63,075 nucleotides of DNA from Prevotellaceae bacterium (GCA_031270845.1 JAISXF010000032.1:1-63075); one strand, 5' to 3'; counted from the first letter of the stretch, positions 9,901-17,933 are shown. Made by a program: numbers and translations. The notes: generated from the sequence alone by a model not told the origin.

Positions 9901-11170
9901 CATGGGATGGGGACAGACCAATAACGTCTGGGCGCCCGGATGGCCGTTCGTATTAGGCTATCAGGATGAAAATTTTCTGAACCATGCACGGGAACAACAA
10001 TGGCTCTCGACCGACACGACGATTATCAATCCCTATATCATGACCCACATGTCGATGCTCAATATCCGCGCCACGCTCGAGCCCTGGCCTGCGCTGAAAA
10101 TCGACCTGGGATTTTCCCGCAACTATTCGGAAAATAATTCGTGGTACAATGTGGCTTCCTCCACCAATCAACGCCAAACAACCGGCAATTTCAGCATCTC
10201 GACTATCAGCATTGCTACCGCTTTCGAAAACCCGACCACCGGAAACGATTTTGCCTCCAAAGCCTTTGACAATTTCCTGCAGGCGCGTACCACCATCGCC
10301 GGCCGGCAAGCCAGAGCACGGGCGGCGCTGGGACAGGAAAACTACGACCCTCACCGGATAATCGACGGCTACCCCGACGGCTTCGGTTCGCTCTCGCAAG
10401 AAGTCTTGATCCCGGCCTTCCTGGCAGCCTATACCGGCCGCTCGCCGGAGAAGGTTACCCTGTCGAATTTCCCGATTATCCCCTTGCCATCGTGGCAAAT
10501 TACCTACAACTGGCAGCCGAAAAAGAAATCGCTGCAGGACCTTATTACGTCGCTCACCGTGATGTCCAAATATTCATCCATGTATGCCATTAACTCCTAC
10601 ACTTACAACCAGGCCTACACGCTGTCCGACATCGTGGACGGGCGGAATATGCTGGGCGATTTTATCCCGCTCAACGATATTCTGCTGGCCAGCATCCGCG
10701 AAGAACTGACGCCGATTTATATCGACATCGGCTGGATGAACAACCTTTCGACACGGTTCGAGTGGGCGCGTAACCGGACACTGTCGCTGAGCCTGTCGAA
10801 TAACCAAATTATGGAAAACCGGCGGACAACCTATATAATAGGTGCAGGTTATACATTCCGCGAAATGCCGTTAATTTTCCGCTTTGCAGCAGGCAGTTCG
10901 CGCAATGTAAAAACAACGTTGCGCGTCCGTGCCGACCTCTCCATTCAGGACGAAATGACGATTCTGCGGAAAATCGTCCTCGAAGACGACGCCATCCCGC
11001 AGGTATCAAGCGGGCAGCGCAATATAAGTATCAAACTGTCGGCCGACTATACCGTGAGCAGCAACCTCACCCTGCGGCTCTTCTTCGACCGGATGGTCAA
11101 CAATCCCTACGTGTCGTCGATTGCGACGGCCAATACCAATGCTGGTTTAAGTATCAATTTATCACTATAA
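3989..11170 (+). CDS. sprA: Type IX secretion system translocon / gliding-motility protein SprA
   Basis: 2393 aa with an N-terminal signal peptide (LLCCSLAPARAQ). The giant beta-barrel-like composition and the position directly downstream of ruvA match the conserved ruvA-sprA synteny in Bacteroidota. Confidence 0.85.
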   Translation: MKGLYRFFGICLLCCSLAPARAQSSLSPETPVVEYDPVTHNYLYYHAYDTRRAMPYRVLSSEEYRREQFSQTLRDGWAQQRSDGQGRLGTTGDNLIPSSFRIGVNNDAFAKIFGSSEIVINPQMSVNLTFGGKWNYANNPIIAERYRTAFNFDFLAQMQFNITGNIGDRLKLNFNYNTEATFDFETNLKIEYAGNEDDIIQKIEAGNIAFPLDGSLITGSQSLFGGKVDLRFGKLDVALVASVQRAQSKTVELVGGGQTSVFEINADQYDANRHFFLSHYFKENYDKWLGRLPLVLSGINIKRIEVWVTNKSGRFEETRNFVAFIDDGERDRIYNTTLFNGSGNGLPSSKNSNNLYTVINKDNIRQTQDVTAYLTGMGMRSGSDFEKVENARKLSSTDYSVNTQLGYISLNAALNADEILAVAYEYEAFGVTYKVGELSTDGIMSPAMLTLKLLKGTSFSPKFPTWDLMMKNVYAIDAYRINRDDFILDIMYENAEAGTALPYISEGAIAEKPLLRVLNLDNLNMQNDASPDGMFDFVEGITVLSSRGRIIFPVREPFGRYLEQKIGDPVLAEKYVYKELYDSTLTKAQSYAEKNKFRLVGSYQSEGGDEIRLDAMNVPQGSVVVTAGGVKLIEGVDYEVNYIGGTVRILNRSYLESGVPLKVSLENRELFNLQTKTLLGTRLKYTFNDRFYIGGTLLHLSERPLTQKVNWGEEPISNTIWGLNTAFRTDVPWLTKAVDALPFIETKANSSLTFDAEFAHFLPGHASAIGSNGAAFLDDFEGSQSTLDLRSHAAWSLASVPQGQSPQFPDGDLTGLTTGFNRALLSWFYIYPDFVRNTSYTPGYMRADPFRFQRNWYVCEIQINDLFPDREEIIGSPTNLQVLNMTYYPDERGPYNYSTNARPDGRLLTPESRWAGVQRPLPITDFETANYDYIECWLMDPFVYNSNATGGKLYFNLGSISEDVLKDGLKSFENGFSSPEDSTRFISTAWGRVPKDPQITLTFDNDYEKRQYQDIGYDGLNDDYEGRHFAAYVNQMRGLISNTEARTRMENDPSSDNYRYYLDPVYDNTQADILERYKYYNGTDGNSRPSAGGDNTMGMINPDMEDMNRDYTMNETESYYQYELNLTPDNMRIGSNYITDIREVTKNEFDGVKTVRFYQIKIPISEGAAIGGISDFKSIRFIRMFMRGFADTTVFRFATLQLVRGEWRRYNQSMIDGQEILAQPEMSNAGFDISAVNIEENSHRTPVNYILPPDATRQIDPGQYQVRQLNEQAMELRISDLADGDARAAYKNVTFDFRKYRRLIMDVHAEGVPGKPLRDNDVSIFIRIGSDYRYNYYEYEVPLVLTPPGFYTDNQREAVWRPENKVDINLDILTDAKLERNEYVRRFGGSIATVYEKADGRNKVRIAGNPNLGQVRTVMIGVRNASKQRSPNDDGLEKSVIVWVNELRLTNFNESSGFAANARIAAKLADFGNVSLSGNMQTPNFGGLESKMNERSMDYIYQYDVITNFELGMFFPKSIGVRLPLFFGFSENFTNPQYYPFDQDVLYDQAMRGMTSYERDSIKRLTQDYTRRLSFNATNVRVFANASNPAVFSLSNLTTSFAYTQVFARNPRTDHKLDETYHFNLGYAYNVQPFYVEPFKKIPWLRSPWLQLIREFNFNPFPNQFAFNADISRTYREIQYRSIMAPEVVIPPTVSKDFLWDNNYSFVWDITRSIKIDFIATNRARIDEPEGIINKRIDPEGYRHWHDSTWTNFWNFGRNVFYNQQINAQWMVPINKIPLLSWLSSSVQYNAGYTWEAAPVLNDTTYDPGNTISNFRNMSINGSMSFESIYNKVPFLRNINNEFSTRGPTRPPEMVNKTYESPKMRFTANRRRTIRHNLKTADIRTQIFDANGKEIQGQVDVINNNTVAVTLDDDANAVMVKVTGRVPKKQNPVSVAAKTLLRVAMMLRNISVSYSSNDASTLPGFKPYAQIMGWGQTNNVWAPGWPFVLGYQDENFLNHAREQQWLSTDTTIINPYIMTHMSMLNIRATLEPWPALKIDLGFSRNYSENNSWYNVASSTNQRQTTGNFSISTISIATAFENPTTGNDFASKAFDNFLQARTTIAGRQARARAALGQENYDPHRIIDGYPDGFGSLSQEVLIPAFLAAYTGRSPEKVTLSNFPIIPLPSWQITYNWQPKKKSLQDLITSLTVMSKYSSMYAINSYTYNQAYTLSDIVDGRNMLGDFIPLNDILLASIREELTPIYIDIGWMNNLSTRFEWARNRTLSLSLSNNQIMENRRTTYIIGAGYTFREMPLIFRFAAGSSRNVKTTLRVRADLSIQDEMTILRKIVLEDDAIPQVSSGQRNISIKLSADYTVSSNLTLRLFFDRMVNNPYVSSIATANTNAGLSINLSL

Positions 11171-11208
11171 TTAACATTAAAAATAAACAATTAAAAAACG
11201 GAAAAATT

Positions 11209-11583
11209 ATGAACGTTCCTAAAAAATTAAAGTACACAAAAGAGCACGAATGGGTGCAGATTGAAAACAACATAGCCACCGTCGGGATTACCGACTACGC
11301 CCAAAGCCAACTGGGCGACGTGGTCTATGTAGATGTAACCACCGTAGGGGATTTCCTGGAAGCAGGCGACACGTTTGGTGCCATCGAGGCGGTGAAAACC
11401 GTCGCCGACGCCTACATGCCGCTGTCCGGCGAAGTGGTGGAGATGAACGAAGAGCTGGAAGCAGCGCCTCAATTAGTCAACCAGGACCCTTACGGACAAG
11501 GCTGGATTATCCGAATCGAAATCAGCGACCCGGAAGAAATCAGCGGACTGCTCAGTGCAGAAGCGTATGAGAAACTGATCTAA
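11209..11583 (+). CDS. gcvH: Glycine cleavage system protein H
   Basis: 124 aa. YTKEHEWV..GITDYAQSQLGDVVYVD..lipoyl-lysine context AIEAVKTVADAYMPLSGEVVEMN. Confidence 0.92.
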   Translation: MNVPKKLKYTKEHEWVQIENNIATVGITDYAQSQLGDVVYVDVTTVGDFLEAGDTFGAIEAVKTVADAYMPLSGEVVEMNEELEAAPQLVNQDPYGQGWIIRIEISDPEEISGLLSAEAYEKLI

Positions 11584-11671
11584 AAAAAATTTACGACCTC
11601 ATTAAACCTTTTCATATAACTATAGTCATAGAATACGAAATAGGTTTTCATAGGTTTAGATTAGGTGAGGC

Positions 11672-11700
11672 GGGCAGCGAAAGCTGCCCGTTTCGTTTTT
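11672..11700 (+). terminator. Intrinsic terminator after gcvH
   Basis: GGGCAGC-GAAA-GCTGCCC hairpin followed by GTTTCGTTTTT. Confidence 0.7.
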
Positions 11701-11794
11701 ATACATTTCCCTCCCCGTTTTAAGGGATGCCACCCCAAAAAATCCCCATAAATGGGGATTGTACCATCCAACAGGAACCCCTACCTTTGCCGCC

Positions 11795-11929
11795 GATTTA
11801 GCATCCGCAGGCAAATACGTTTTGTTGATTTTTGAGATTGTTTTACAAACCATGCACGGCACGCTGAATTAGACATAGGGTTAAATGTTCTCGCAAAACG
11901 CAAACAGTCTGTTTGCGTTTTTGTTTTTT
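11795..11929 (+). ncRNA. Candidate orphan small RNA (~130 nt) bounded by its own -7 box and terminator
   Basis: A -7 box TACCTTTG lies at 11782-11789. There is no credible ORF downstream. A terminator hairpin CGCAAACAG-TC-TGTTTGCG at 11899-11917 is followed by a T-tract. The 5' region carries GCATCCGCAGGCAA, a motif shared with 19799-19815 and 47518-47534. Confidence 0.35.
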
Positions 11930-12103
11930 GTGTGTGGAGGATTGGATTTTAACCGTTCCGAAAAAAGAATGATCCGTATAAAATAAAAACCATTGCCGCG
12001 GCAATTTTTAATGATTTGTATCGAAATTATACAGCTTCCGGTCAATCATCAATCATCGGGCACAAGGCAGCAATATCAATCTTCAATATTCAATAAAAAG
12101 CCG

Positions 12104-12111
12104 TATCTTTG
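12104..12111 (+). promoter_or_regulatory. -7 box TATCTTTG upstream of the deacetylase gene
   Basis: ccgTATCTTTGtg, 23 nt before ATG 12134. It is preceded by loosely heptameric CAATCAT/CAATATC/AATATTC units (12043-12098). Confidence 0.5.
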
Positions 12112-12133
12112 TGCACCTTTTTTAAAAACGACT

Positions 12134-12745
12134 ATGCGTATTCGTCCGCCAAAATTTATTCGACGCCTCTTCCCGTCCTATATCTGGAACTTTCCAAACG
12201 AGAAAGAAGCGGTCTTTTTGACTTTCGACGACGGCCCAAGCCCCGACATCACGCCATGGGTGCTCGACCAGTTAGATAAATACAACGCCCAAGCCACGTT
12301 TTTTTGTTTGGGGAAAAATGTCGAAATGTACCCGCAGGTATTTGACGAAATCCGCCGCCGCGGCCATGCCACAGGCAACCATTCCTACAGCCATCTTAAA
12401 GGCTGGGGGATGGATACGGGCGCCTACCTGCGCGATGTGGACTTTGCCGGAAGTTTTATCGGCGGTAACCTCTTTCGCCCGCCGTATGCGCGTATCGGGC
12501 CGAACCAGGCGCGTATGCTGAGCGAACGCTATAAGATTATCATGTGGAATGTACTTAGCCGCGACTACAGCCGCAACCTCTCGGAGAAAGCCTGCGTGCG
12601 CGGGGTGATCAAACACCTGCAGCCGGGCGACATCGTCGTATTTCACGATTCATGGAAAACAGCCCGGAATTTAGGATACGCCCTGCCTGTGGTATTGAAA
12701 TTTATTCACTCAAAAGGCTGGAAATGCAAAGCAATCAAATTATAA
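12134..12745 (+). CDS. Polysaccharide deacetylase (NodB homology / CE4 family)
   Basis: FLTFDDGPSPDITPWVLDQL..ATFFCLG..GHATGNHSYSH are the NodB motifs. I prefer ATG 12134 (MRIRPPKF) over the TTG-initiated track start at 11993, because the -7 box lies at 12104. Confidence 0.8.
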   Translation: MRIRPPKFIRRLFPSYIWNFPNEKEAVFLTFDDGPSPDITPWVLDQLDKYNAQATFFCLGKNVEMYPQVFDEIRRRGHATGNHSYSHLKGWGMDTGAYLRDVDFAGSFIGGNLFRPPYARIGPNQARMLSERYKIIMWNVLSRDYSRNLSEKACVRGVIKHLQPGDIVVFHDSWKTARNLGYALPVVLKFIHSKGWKCKAIKL

Positions 12746-12762
12746 ATTACAGGAACCAGTAA

Positions 12763-14058
12763 ATGAATTATCGTGTATTATTAACAGGCAGCGGGGGGCG
12801 TGAACATGCGCTGGCATGGAAGCTGGCGCAAAGCCGGCAATTAGAAAAACTGTGGATTGCCCCCGGCAACCCCGGCACGGCGGCCGTCGGCGAAAATGTC
12901 CCGATAGCCGCTACTGATTTTGACGGATTGAAAGCCCTCGCGCTGACACAGCAAATCAACCTGCTGGTCGTCGGCCCCGAAGACCCGCTGGTGATGGGCA
13001 TTGCCGACTGGTTTGCCGCCGACCCGGCGCTGTCGCATATACCGGTTATCGGCCCCCCACGGCGGGGTGCGCAGCTGGAAGGCAGTAAGGATTTTGCCAA
13101 ACAGTTTATGCAGCGACATCATATCCCCACCGCACGCCATACAACCGTTCGGTGGGATACCGTAGCCGCCGGCGACGCATTTCTCGACTCCCTGCCCTCA
13201 CCTTACGTGCTGAAGGCCGACGGACTGGCCGCCGGCAAGGGAGTGCTCATTATCGAGTCGCGCGACGAGGCAAAACGGCAGTTACGCCGCATCTTGCAGG
13301 GGCTTTTTGGCGCCGCCGGCGATACGGTGGTTATCGAAGAATTTTTACAGGGAACCGAAGTATCCTTCTTTGTGCTTACCGACGGCGAGCACTATAAACT
13401 GTTGCCCGAAGCGAAGGATTACAAGCGTATCGGCAACAACGACACGGGGCTCAACACCGGCGGGATGGGCGCCGTATCGCCCGTGCCGTTTGTAACGCCC
13501 GACTTCCGGCAGAAGGTCGAGCAGCAAATCATCCGACCCACGATCGACGGCCTGCGGCAGGAAGGCATCGACTACCGGGGGTTTTTGTTTTTGGGATTGA
13601 TGAATGTCGCCGGCAATCCATACGTTATCGAATACAACGTGCGCATGGGCGACCCCGAGACCGAGGCCGTCATGCCCCGCTTATCGTCCGACTTGCTTGA
13701 TTTGTTCGATGGCGTAGCCCGCCGCACACTGCACAAAAAACCGTGCGACATTATCGCCGATACCGCCCTCACCGTTGTCTGCGTATCGGGCGGCTACCCT
13801 GAGGCCTACGGCAAAGGCTATCCGATAGCCCCCCTGCCCGCGATGCCCGGCAGCCTGTTATTCCACGCCGGCACCGCCATCGCCGACGGCGCGCTGGTAA
13901 CCCGCGGCGGGCGCGTACTGGCGGTTACTTCGCTCGCGCCGGGCATCGCCGAAGCCCGTGAAAAAGCGTATGCCGCCGTTGCCGGCATACGCTATACGAA
14001 CAGCTACTGCCGTACCGACATCGGGCTTGATATAATGATGAAAAAAGAAAATGATTGA
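12763..14058 (+). CDS. purD: Phosphoribosylamine--glycine ligase
   Basis: 431 aa. VLLTGSGGREHALAWKL..APGNPGTA..ATP-grasp core, ..GGMGAVSPVP..EYNVRMGDPE. Confidence 0.93.
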   Translation: MNYRVLLTGSGGREHALAWKLAQSRQLEKLWIAPGNPGTAAVGENVPIAATDFDGLKALALTQQINLLVVGPEDPLVMGIADWFAADPALSHIPVIGPPRRGAQLEGSKDFAKQFMQRHHIPTARHTTVRWDTVAAGDAFLDSLPSPYVLKADGLAAGKGVLIIESRDEAKRQLRRILQGLFGAAGDTVVIEEFLQGTEVSFFVLTDGEHYKLLPEAKDYKRIGNNDTGLNTGGMGAVSPVPFVTPDFRQKVEQQIIRPTIDGLRQEGIDYRGFLFLGLMNVAGNPYVIEYNVRMGDPETEAVMPRLSSDLLDLFDGVARRTLHKKPCDIIADTALTVVCVSGGYPEAYGKGYPIAPLPAMPGSLLFHAGTAIADGALVTRGGRVLAVTSLAPGIAEAREKAYAAVAGIRYTNSYCRTDIGLDIMMKKEND

Positions 14059-15037
14059 ATTAATAAAACGAAATTCTTTTGTCGCCTCAAGTTTTTACCT
14101 GGTGGTGTTGCTGGCCTTATGGCTTCTGGGGAGGCTGTTTTTGCCCGATGCGGCAGCGGACGGGTTCGCCGGTGGCGCCATAGCCCCGTCGTCGGTGTGG
14201 ATTGGCCGTCTTTTTGAACCGGCGGTGTCGGCGTGGCTGGCTTGTGCCTTAACCTTTGTCGCGGCGTTGCTGCTGACGACGCTCAACTATCGACATGTAT
14301 TTTACCCGACGGGCGGCTATCTGCTGCCGCTGCTCTATATCTTAACAGCCGCCGCCATTCCTTCGACGCAGTGGTTTTCGGGGGCGCAGGTGGCGGCCAC
14401 AGGCGCGCTTATCGGCCTGCACAGGCTGTTTGCTTCATATAAAAAATCGTCCGGGCTGGAAGACCTGTTTATTGCGGCGTTTTGCTTTTCCCTGTCGGCC
14501 ATTTGCTTTCCTCCCGCATTATTATTGCTGTTACTGCTGCCGGCCGCTATTTTTCTCCTGCGTCCGGCCACCTGGCGCGACTGGGTGGCGGTTTTCGTTG
14601 GCGGCGCGTTGCCGTTTGCCTTTCTTCTTTTATTTTATTGGCTTTCGTTGCACGACATCGCTACCGCCGCCGGCAACCTGTACGCCCTCCTGCCGTCTCT
14701 GCCGGTGGCGCGACCGGTATTCGACCTGCCCGTTTTAATTTTCTGGGGCGTGTTGGTCGTAACGCTCTTTTTGTCGTTGGCGAGCAAGGCTCCGTCGTCC
14801 GCCGGCGCCCGGACAAAAACCGTTTATATCCGTATTATTTTTTGCCTGATGCTGTTGCTGCTCTCGGTCGGAGTTATTCTCTATCCGGCTTACGGCTGCG
14901 CTCCGATGTCGTTGTGTGCGATACCGGTAGCGGCCATCACCGCCGGCTATTTTGCTTCGGCGCGCAACAGGCACATCAAGCGATTATGCGGGCTGCTGTG
15001 GCTGGCGGCGATTGTATATTTAATGATTAATAATTAA
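14051..15037 (+). CDS. Polytopic membrane protein of unknown function
   Basis: 328 aa, almost entirely hydrophobic segments (about 8-9 predicted TM stretches). The start ATGA overlaps the purD stop (ATGATTGA), which suggests translational coupling. I recognise no family. Confidence 0.6.
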   Translation: MIELIKRNSFVASSFYLVVLLALWLLGRLFLPDAAADGFAGGAIAPSSVWIGRLFEPAVSAWLACALTFVAALLLTTLNYRHVFYPTGGYLLPLLYILTAAAIPSTQWFSGAQVAATGALIGLHRLFASYKKSSGLEDLFIAAFCFSLSAICFPPALLLLLLLPAAIFLLRPATWRDWVAVFVGGALPFAFLLLFYWLSLHDIATAAGNLYALLPSLPVARPVFDLPVLIFWGVLVVTLFLSLASKAPSSAGARTKTVYIRIIFCLMLLLLSVGVILYPAYGCAPMSLCAIPVAAITAGYFASARNRHIKRLCGLLWLAAIVYLMINN

Positions 15038-15054
15038 TTTTACTATCTTTCAAT

Positions 15055-15252
15055 ATGTTAATTACCGAAAATGAAAGCCGCCGTGATGCCGTCCGCGCTG
15101 CCGCGCAACAGATGCTGGCTGCGGCGCGTACCGCTCCCAAAGGCAAAGGCCTTGATACGCTTGCGCTGGGGCTGCTGGGCGCCGACGTGCCGGTAGCGTT
15201 CGGTATTCCGTTAAGCTGCAGCAGCAAAAGCCCGTTTTTCGACCGGAAATAA
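15055..15252 (+). pseudogene. Probable 5' remnant of a DUF2148-type ferredoxin-domain protein gene
   Basis: The 65-aa ORF MLITENESRRDAVRAAAQQMLAAARTAPKGKGLDTL.. resembles the N-terminus of ~180-aa DUF2148 proteins as I recall them. The reading frame stops early and is followed by the 21-bp palindromic array. Confidence 0.35.
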
Positions 15253-15336
15253 GCGGGACGCGAACCGCCGTATCGTATTTTTTTAGAATAATGGAATGAT
15301 GTTCTGTATGCGGGTCATGTACCCGCGTCCGCGTCG

Positions 15337-15504
15337 CTCGGACTCGAGTCCGCGCGGCTCGGACCCGAGTCCGCAAGGCTCGGACTCGAGTCCGCGTGGC
15401 CCGGACTCGAGTCCGCGTGGCTCGGACTCGAGTCCGCGTCGCTCGGACTCGAGTCCGCGAGGCTCGGACTCGAGTCCGCGTGGCTCGGACACGTGTCCGC
15501 GGGT
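15337..15504. repeat. 21-bp tandem array x8, each unit containing the perfect 14-bp palindrome CGGACTCGAGTCCG
   Basis: CTCGG unit starts fall at 15337, 15358, 15379, 15400, 15421, 15442, 15463 and 15484. The 7-nt spacers are variable (CGnnGCT). The last unit is the variant palindrome CGGACACGTGTCCG. A degenerate hairpin GCGGGTCATGTACCCGC lies just upstream. Confidence 0.95.
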
Positions 15505-15621
15505 GGTGGATCTATATAATTTTTGCTGATTCTGCCGGCTATGCATTCCATTTTTTAAAAAAAGGAAACGGTTTTTTGTCCGCACGCTGATGGGGATGAT
15601 TGCCGGCAGACGCTTTGTGCT

Positions 15622-17274
15622 TCATGCTTTTATGCCCTGTACATTGACATCGAAGGCGGGCGCTTTGGCGGTGGCGGGCTTGACAAAGTCTTTGGGAATG
15701 GCCACGCCCCCCGTGCCGCGATGCGCGTAAATGTGAGGCGCCAGCAGTTCAATCCCTTCGCGATTGAAAATATCCTGAATATTTTGGTTCAAATCGGCGT
15801 AAATGGCGGTCATCGCATCGGCATTTTGCGTGTAAATATTAATTTCATACTGCACGTAAAAATCGTCGAGGGCTATCTGGTTCACAAACGGTTTGGGGTC
15901 GTTCAGGACGTGTATTGTTTTCTGTCCGGCCTCAATAAGCAGCTCGTGCATTCGGCGCCACGCGATCTCGTAGCCCATCGTTACGACGGCATGAAGGATT
16001 AATCCGTAGGCTTCCGCCGAATGCGTATAGTTAATCGTTTGCGAAGCCATGATGGTGGCGTTTGGAATGGTGATGACCTCGTTTTTTACCGTCCGGATGC
16101 GTGTAACGAGGGAGTTTTTTTCTATTACATTGCCTAAATTATCGCCCATTTTAATCCGGTCGCCCACCTTAAAGGGGCGCATGTAGGTGATGACTAACCC
16201 CGCAATCAGGTTGCCTATCAACGACGTCGAGCCAAGCGAGAGCAACAGTCCGATAAATACCGACACGCCCTGAAAAACCTTCGAGTTGTAGTTGGGCAGG
16301 TGCGGAAAAATCATCACAAACATAAATACCAGCAGAATAATCCGGACGATATTGAAGGTCGAAGAGGCCCAGTCGGGGTAGAAGCCTTTGATGGTGATTG
16401 CGCCGCTGCCAATCCGCCCCGCCACATAACGGACAGCCCGGATCAGGCCGAGAAAAATGGCCACAATGACGATGATGGCAAACAGGTTCGGGATATAATC
16501 GCGTGTTGCGATTGCCGCGCTTTTCAGCGGCAGCCAGAGGTAGCCTGTGAGCGTGTCGGAGAGCCAGCGGGTGCTGGGGAAGAGCCGGAAAAACAGCAGC
16601 AGGCAGATGTACAGAATCACGGCCACCAGGATAAAACGAATGATATTCAACAGCGCCGTTGCGATTTTAATTTGCTTGTCGGCGCCGAAGAGGTAATACA
16701 GTTTTTTGACGGTTTTGTTTTTCTTGTTGAGAATCCGCCGCCGGATGTAGCGGAACAGGGAGTTGAGGTATTTGATACTGCACCATGTGGCGGCGAGCAG
16801 CAGCATCCCCAGTCCGATGCGTTTGAGCAGCCGTCCCCAAAAATGGTCGGCCCGCTGCGCGCCGATAGCCGTTACGATGCGGTGGCGGTACTCGTCGGCC
16901 AGATGCGCAATGTCATAGCCCAGCAGGGTCGCCTGCGCGTCGAAGACCGACATTATGACCTTGCCGGCATATACAATATCGCAACTTCCGGCGGCGGCGA
17001 CAACCTTCAGCGAATCGGCCTCGTAGAACGGGTCGCCTTCGAGCGCACGGATGTTTTCGATGATAAATCCGGCGCGCGTTTCGACCGGAATAGCCCCGAT
17101 GCCGCCGTAAATCCAAAAAAGCGTATCGCCGAACGGCACTACGGGCGCGCCCGCCACCTCGCGTGCCGGACGGCCGGCGCCGGCCCCGTCGGCCTGACCG
17201 TAAGAAGCCGCCGGCAACAGCGCAAGCAGGCCGGCGAAGCCTATACAAAGGATTGTTTTCATAACCTGTATCAT
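15622..17274 (-). CDS. Mechanosensitive ion channel family protein (MscS-like) with a large N-terminal extension
   Basis: 550 aa. Signal-like N-terminus, several TM helices, and an MscS beta-domain signature LIGNLIAGLVITYMRPFKVGDRIKMGDNLGNVIEKNSLVTRIRTVKNEVITIPN. An alternative start exists at 17262 (MKTIL). Confidence 0.85.
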   Translation of the reverse strand: MIQVMKTILCIGFAGLLALLPAASYGQADGAGAGRPAREVAGAPVVPFGDTLFWIYGGIGAIPVETRAGFIIENIRALEGDPFYEADSLKVVAAAGSCDIVYAGKVIMSVFDAQATLLGYDIAHLADEYRHRIVTAIGAQRADHFWGRLLKRIGLGMLLLAATWCSIKYLNSLFRYIRRRILNKKNKTVKKLYYLFGADKQIKIATALLNIIRFILVAVILYICLLLFFRLFPSTRWLSDTLTGYLWLPLKSAAIATRDYIPNLFAIIVIVAIFLGLIRAVRYVAGRIGSGAITIKGFYPDWASSTFNIVRIILLVFMFVMIFPHLPNYNSKVFQGVSVFIGLLLSLGSTSLIGNLIAGLVITYMRPFKVGDRIKMGDNLGNVIEKNSLVTRIRTVKNEVITIPNATIMASQTINYTHSAEAYGLILHAVVTMGYEIAWRRMHELLIEAGQKTIHVLNDPKPFVNQIALDDFYVQYEINIYTQNADAMTAIYADLNQNIQDIFNREGIELLAPHIYAHRGTGGVAIPKDFVKPATAKAPAFDVNVQGIKA

Positions 17275-17361
17275 TATTTATTTTATGACCGCGAAGGTAG
17301 AGAAAAAAAAGTACATCGGGGGAATATGGGGGGAGGGTTTGGCGTGTCGCCCTTTTTATTG

Positions 17362-17369
17362 TACTTTTG
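17362..17369 (+). promoter_or_regulatory. -7 box TACTTTTG
   Basis: ttgTACTTTTGca, 27 nt upstream of ATG 17396. Confidence 0.5.
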
Positions 17370-17395
17370 CAAAAAAATAGACAAAATTATTCGTT

Positions 17396-17716
17396 ATGGA
17401 ATTTATTCAAAACTGGAATTTGACGGGGCTTTTAATCGGCCTGAGTACGTTTTTTATTATAGGCATTTGTCATCCCATTGTTATTAAATGTGAATATCAC
17501 TTTGGCGTTCGCTGCTGGTGGGCGTTTTTGCTAACCGGCGCCGGCGGCATTGCGGGTACGTTATTGGTGCACGACATTTTCTGGTCGTCGCTGTTAAGTA
17601 TTTGTGCCTTTTCGTCGTTTTGGAGCATTCTCGAGCTTTTCCAGCAGCGCGAACGGGTTCGGAAGGGCTGGTTTCCGAAAAAAAGCATAAAACAGCCGGC
17701 GGGCGGAAGAAAATAA
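17396..17716 (+). CDS. Small 3-TM membrane protein (DUF4491-like, from memory)
   Basis: 106 aa with three hydrophobic helices and a basic C-terminal tail. It has its own promoter box. Confidence 0.6.
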   Translation: MEFIQNWNLTGLLIGLSTFFIIGICHPIVIKCEYHFGVRCWWAFLLTGAGGIAGTLLVHDIFWSSLLSICAFSSFWSILELFQQRERVRKGWFPKKSIKQPAGGRK

Positions 17717-17758
17717 GGCATTATGTAAAATAAATTTTGCAGTATTCAAAAAATGATG

Positions 17759-17766
17759 TATCTTTG
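17759..17766 (+). promoter_or_regulatory. -7 box TATCTTTG for tRNA-Asp
   Basis: The box ends 15 nt before the mature tRNA 5' end. Confidence 0.55.
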
Positions 17767-17781
17767 CGCTCTCAAAAACAG

Positions 17782-17856
17782 GGTGCGGTAGTTCAGCTTG
17801 GTTAGAATACGTGCCTGTCACGCACGGGGTCGCGGGTTCGAGTCCCGTCCGCACCG
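17782..17856 (+). tRNA. tRNA-Asp (anticodon GTC)
   Basis: Hand-folded cloverleaf: acceptor GGTGCGG/CCGCACC, anticodon stem CGTGC/GCACG with loop CTGTCAC, T-arm GCGGG-TTCGAGT-CCCGT, discriminator G. 75 nt, CCA not encoded. Confidence 0.93.
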
Positions 17857-17861
17857 CAGAA

Positions 17862-17893
17862 GGGTAACAATGTTTAACGTTGTTACCCTTTTT
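17862..17893 (+). terminator. Intrinsic terminator after tRNA-Asp
   Basis: GGGTAACAA / TTGTTACCC 9-bp stem followed by TTTTT. Confidence 0.75.
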
Positions 17894-17925
17894 GCATCGG
17901 ACAGGAGATGAAAAAAGAATTTGTT

Positions 17926-17933
17926 TACCTTTG
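17926..17933 (+). promoter_or_regulatory. -7 box TACCTTTG upstream of the GH32 gene
   Basis: gttTACCTTTGtg, 35 nt before ATG 17968. Confidence 0.5.

Noticed and set aside
11171-11208. Glycine riboswitch upstream of gcvH.
   Set aside because: Only 38 nt separate sprA from gcvH, far too short for the aptamer, and no conserved glycine-riboswitch core is visible.
11993-12133. Upstream extensions from non-ATG track starts: deacetylase from 11993, RR from 33295, HK from 33962, lytic transglycosylase from 44098, ahpF from 42015.
   Set aside because: The extensions start at TTG or GTG, run through promoter boxes or repeats, add non-conserved residues, and in each case an ATG with the expected N-terminus lies downstream.
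15283-15590. ORFs of 64-100 aa (SEPRGLE / SDSSPRG repeats) across the palindromic 21-bp array.
   Set aside because: Same artefact: four mutually overlapping frames are open, all composed of the repeat.
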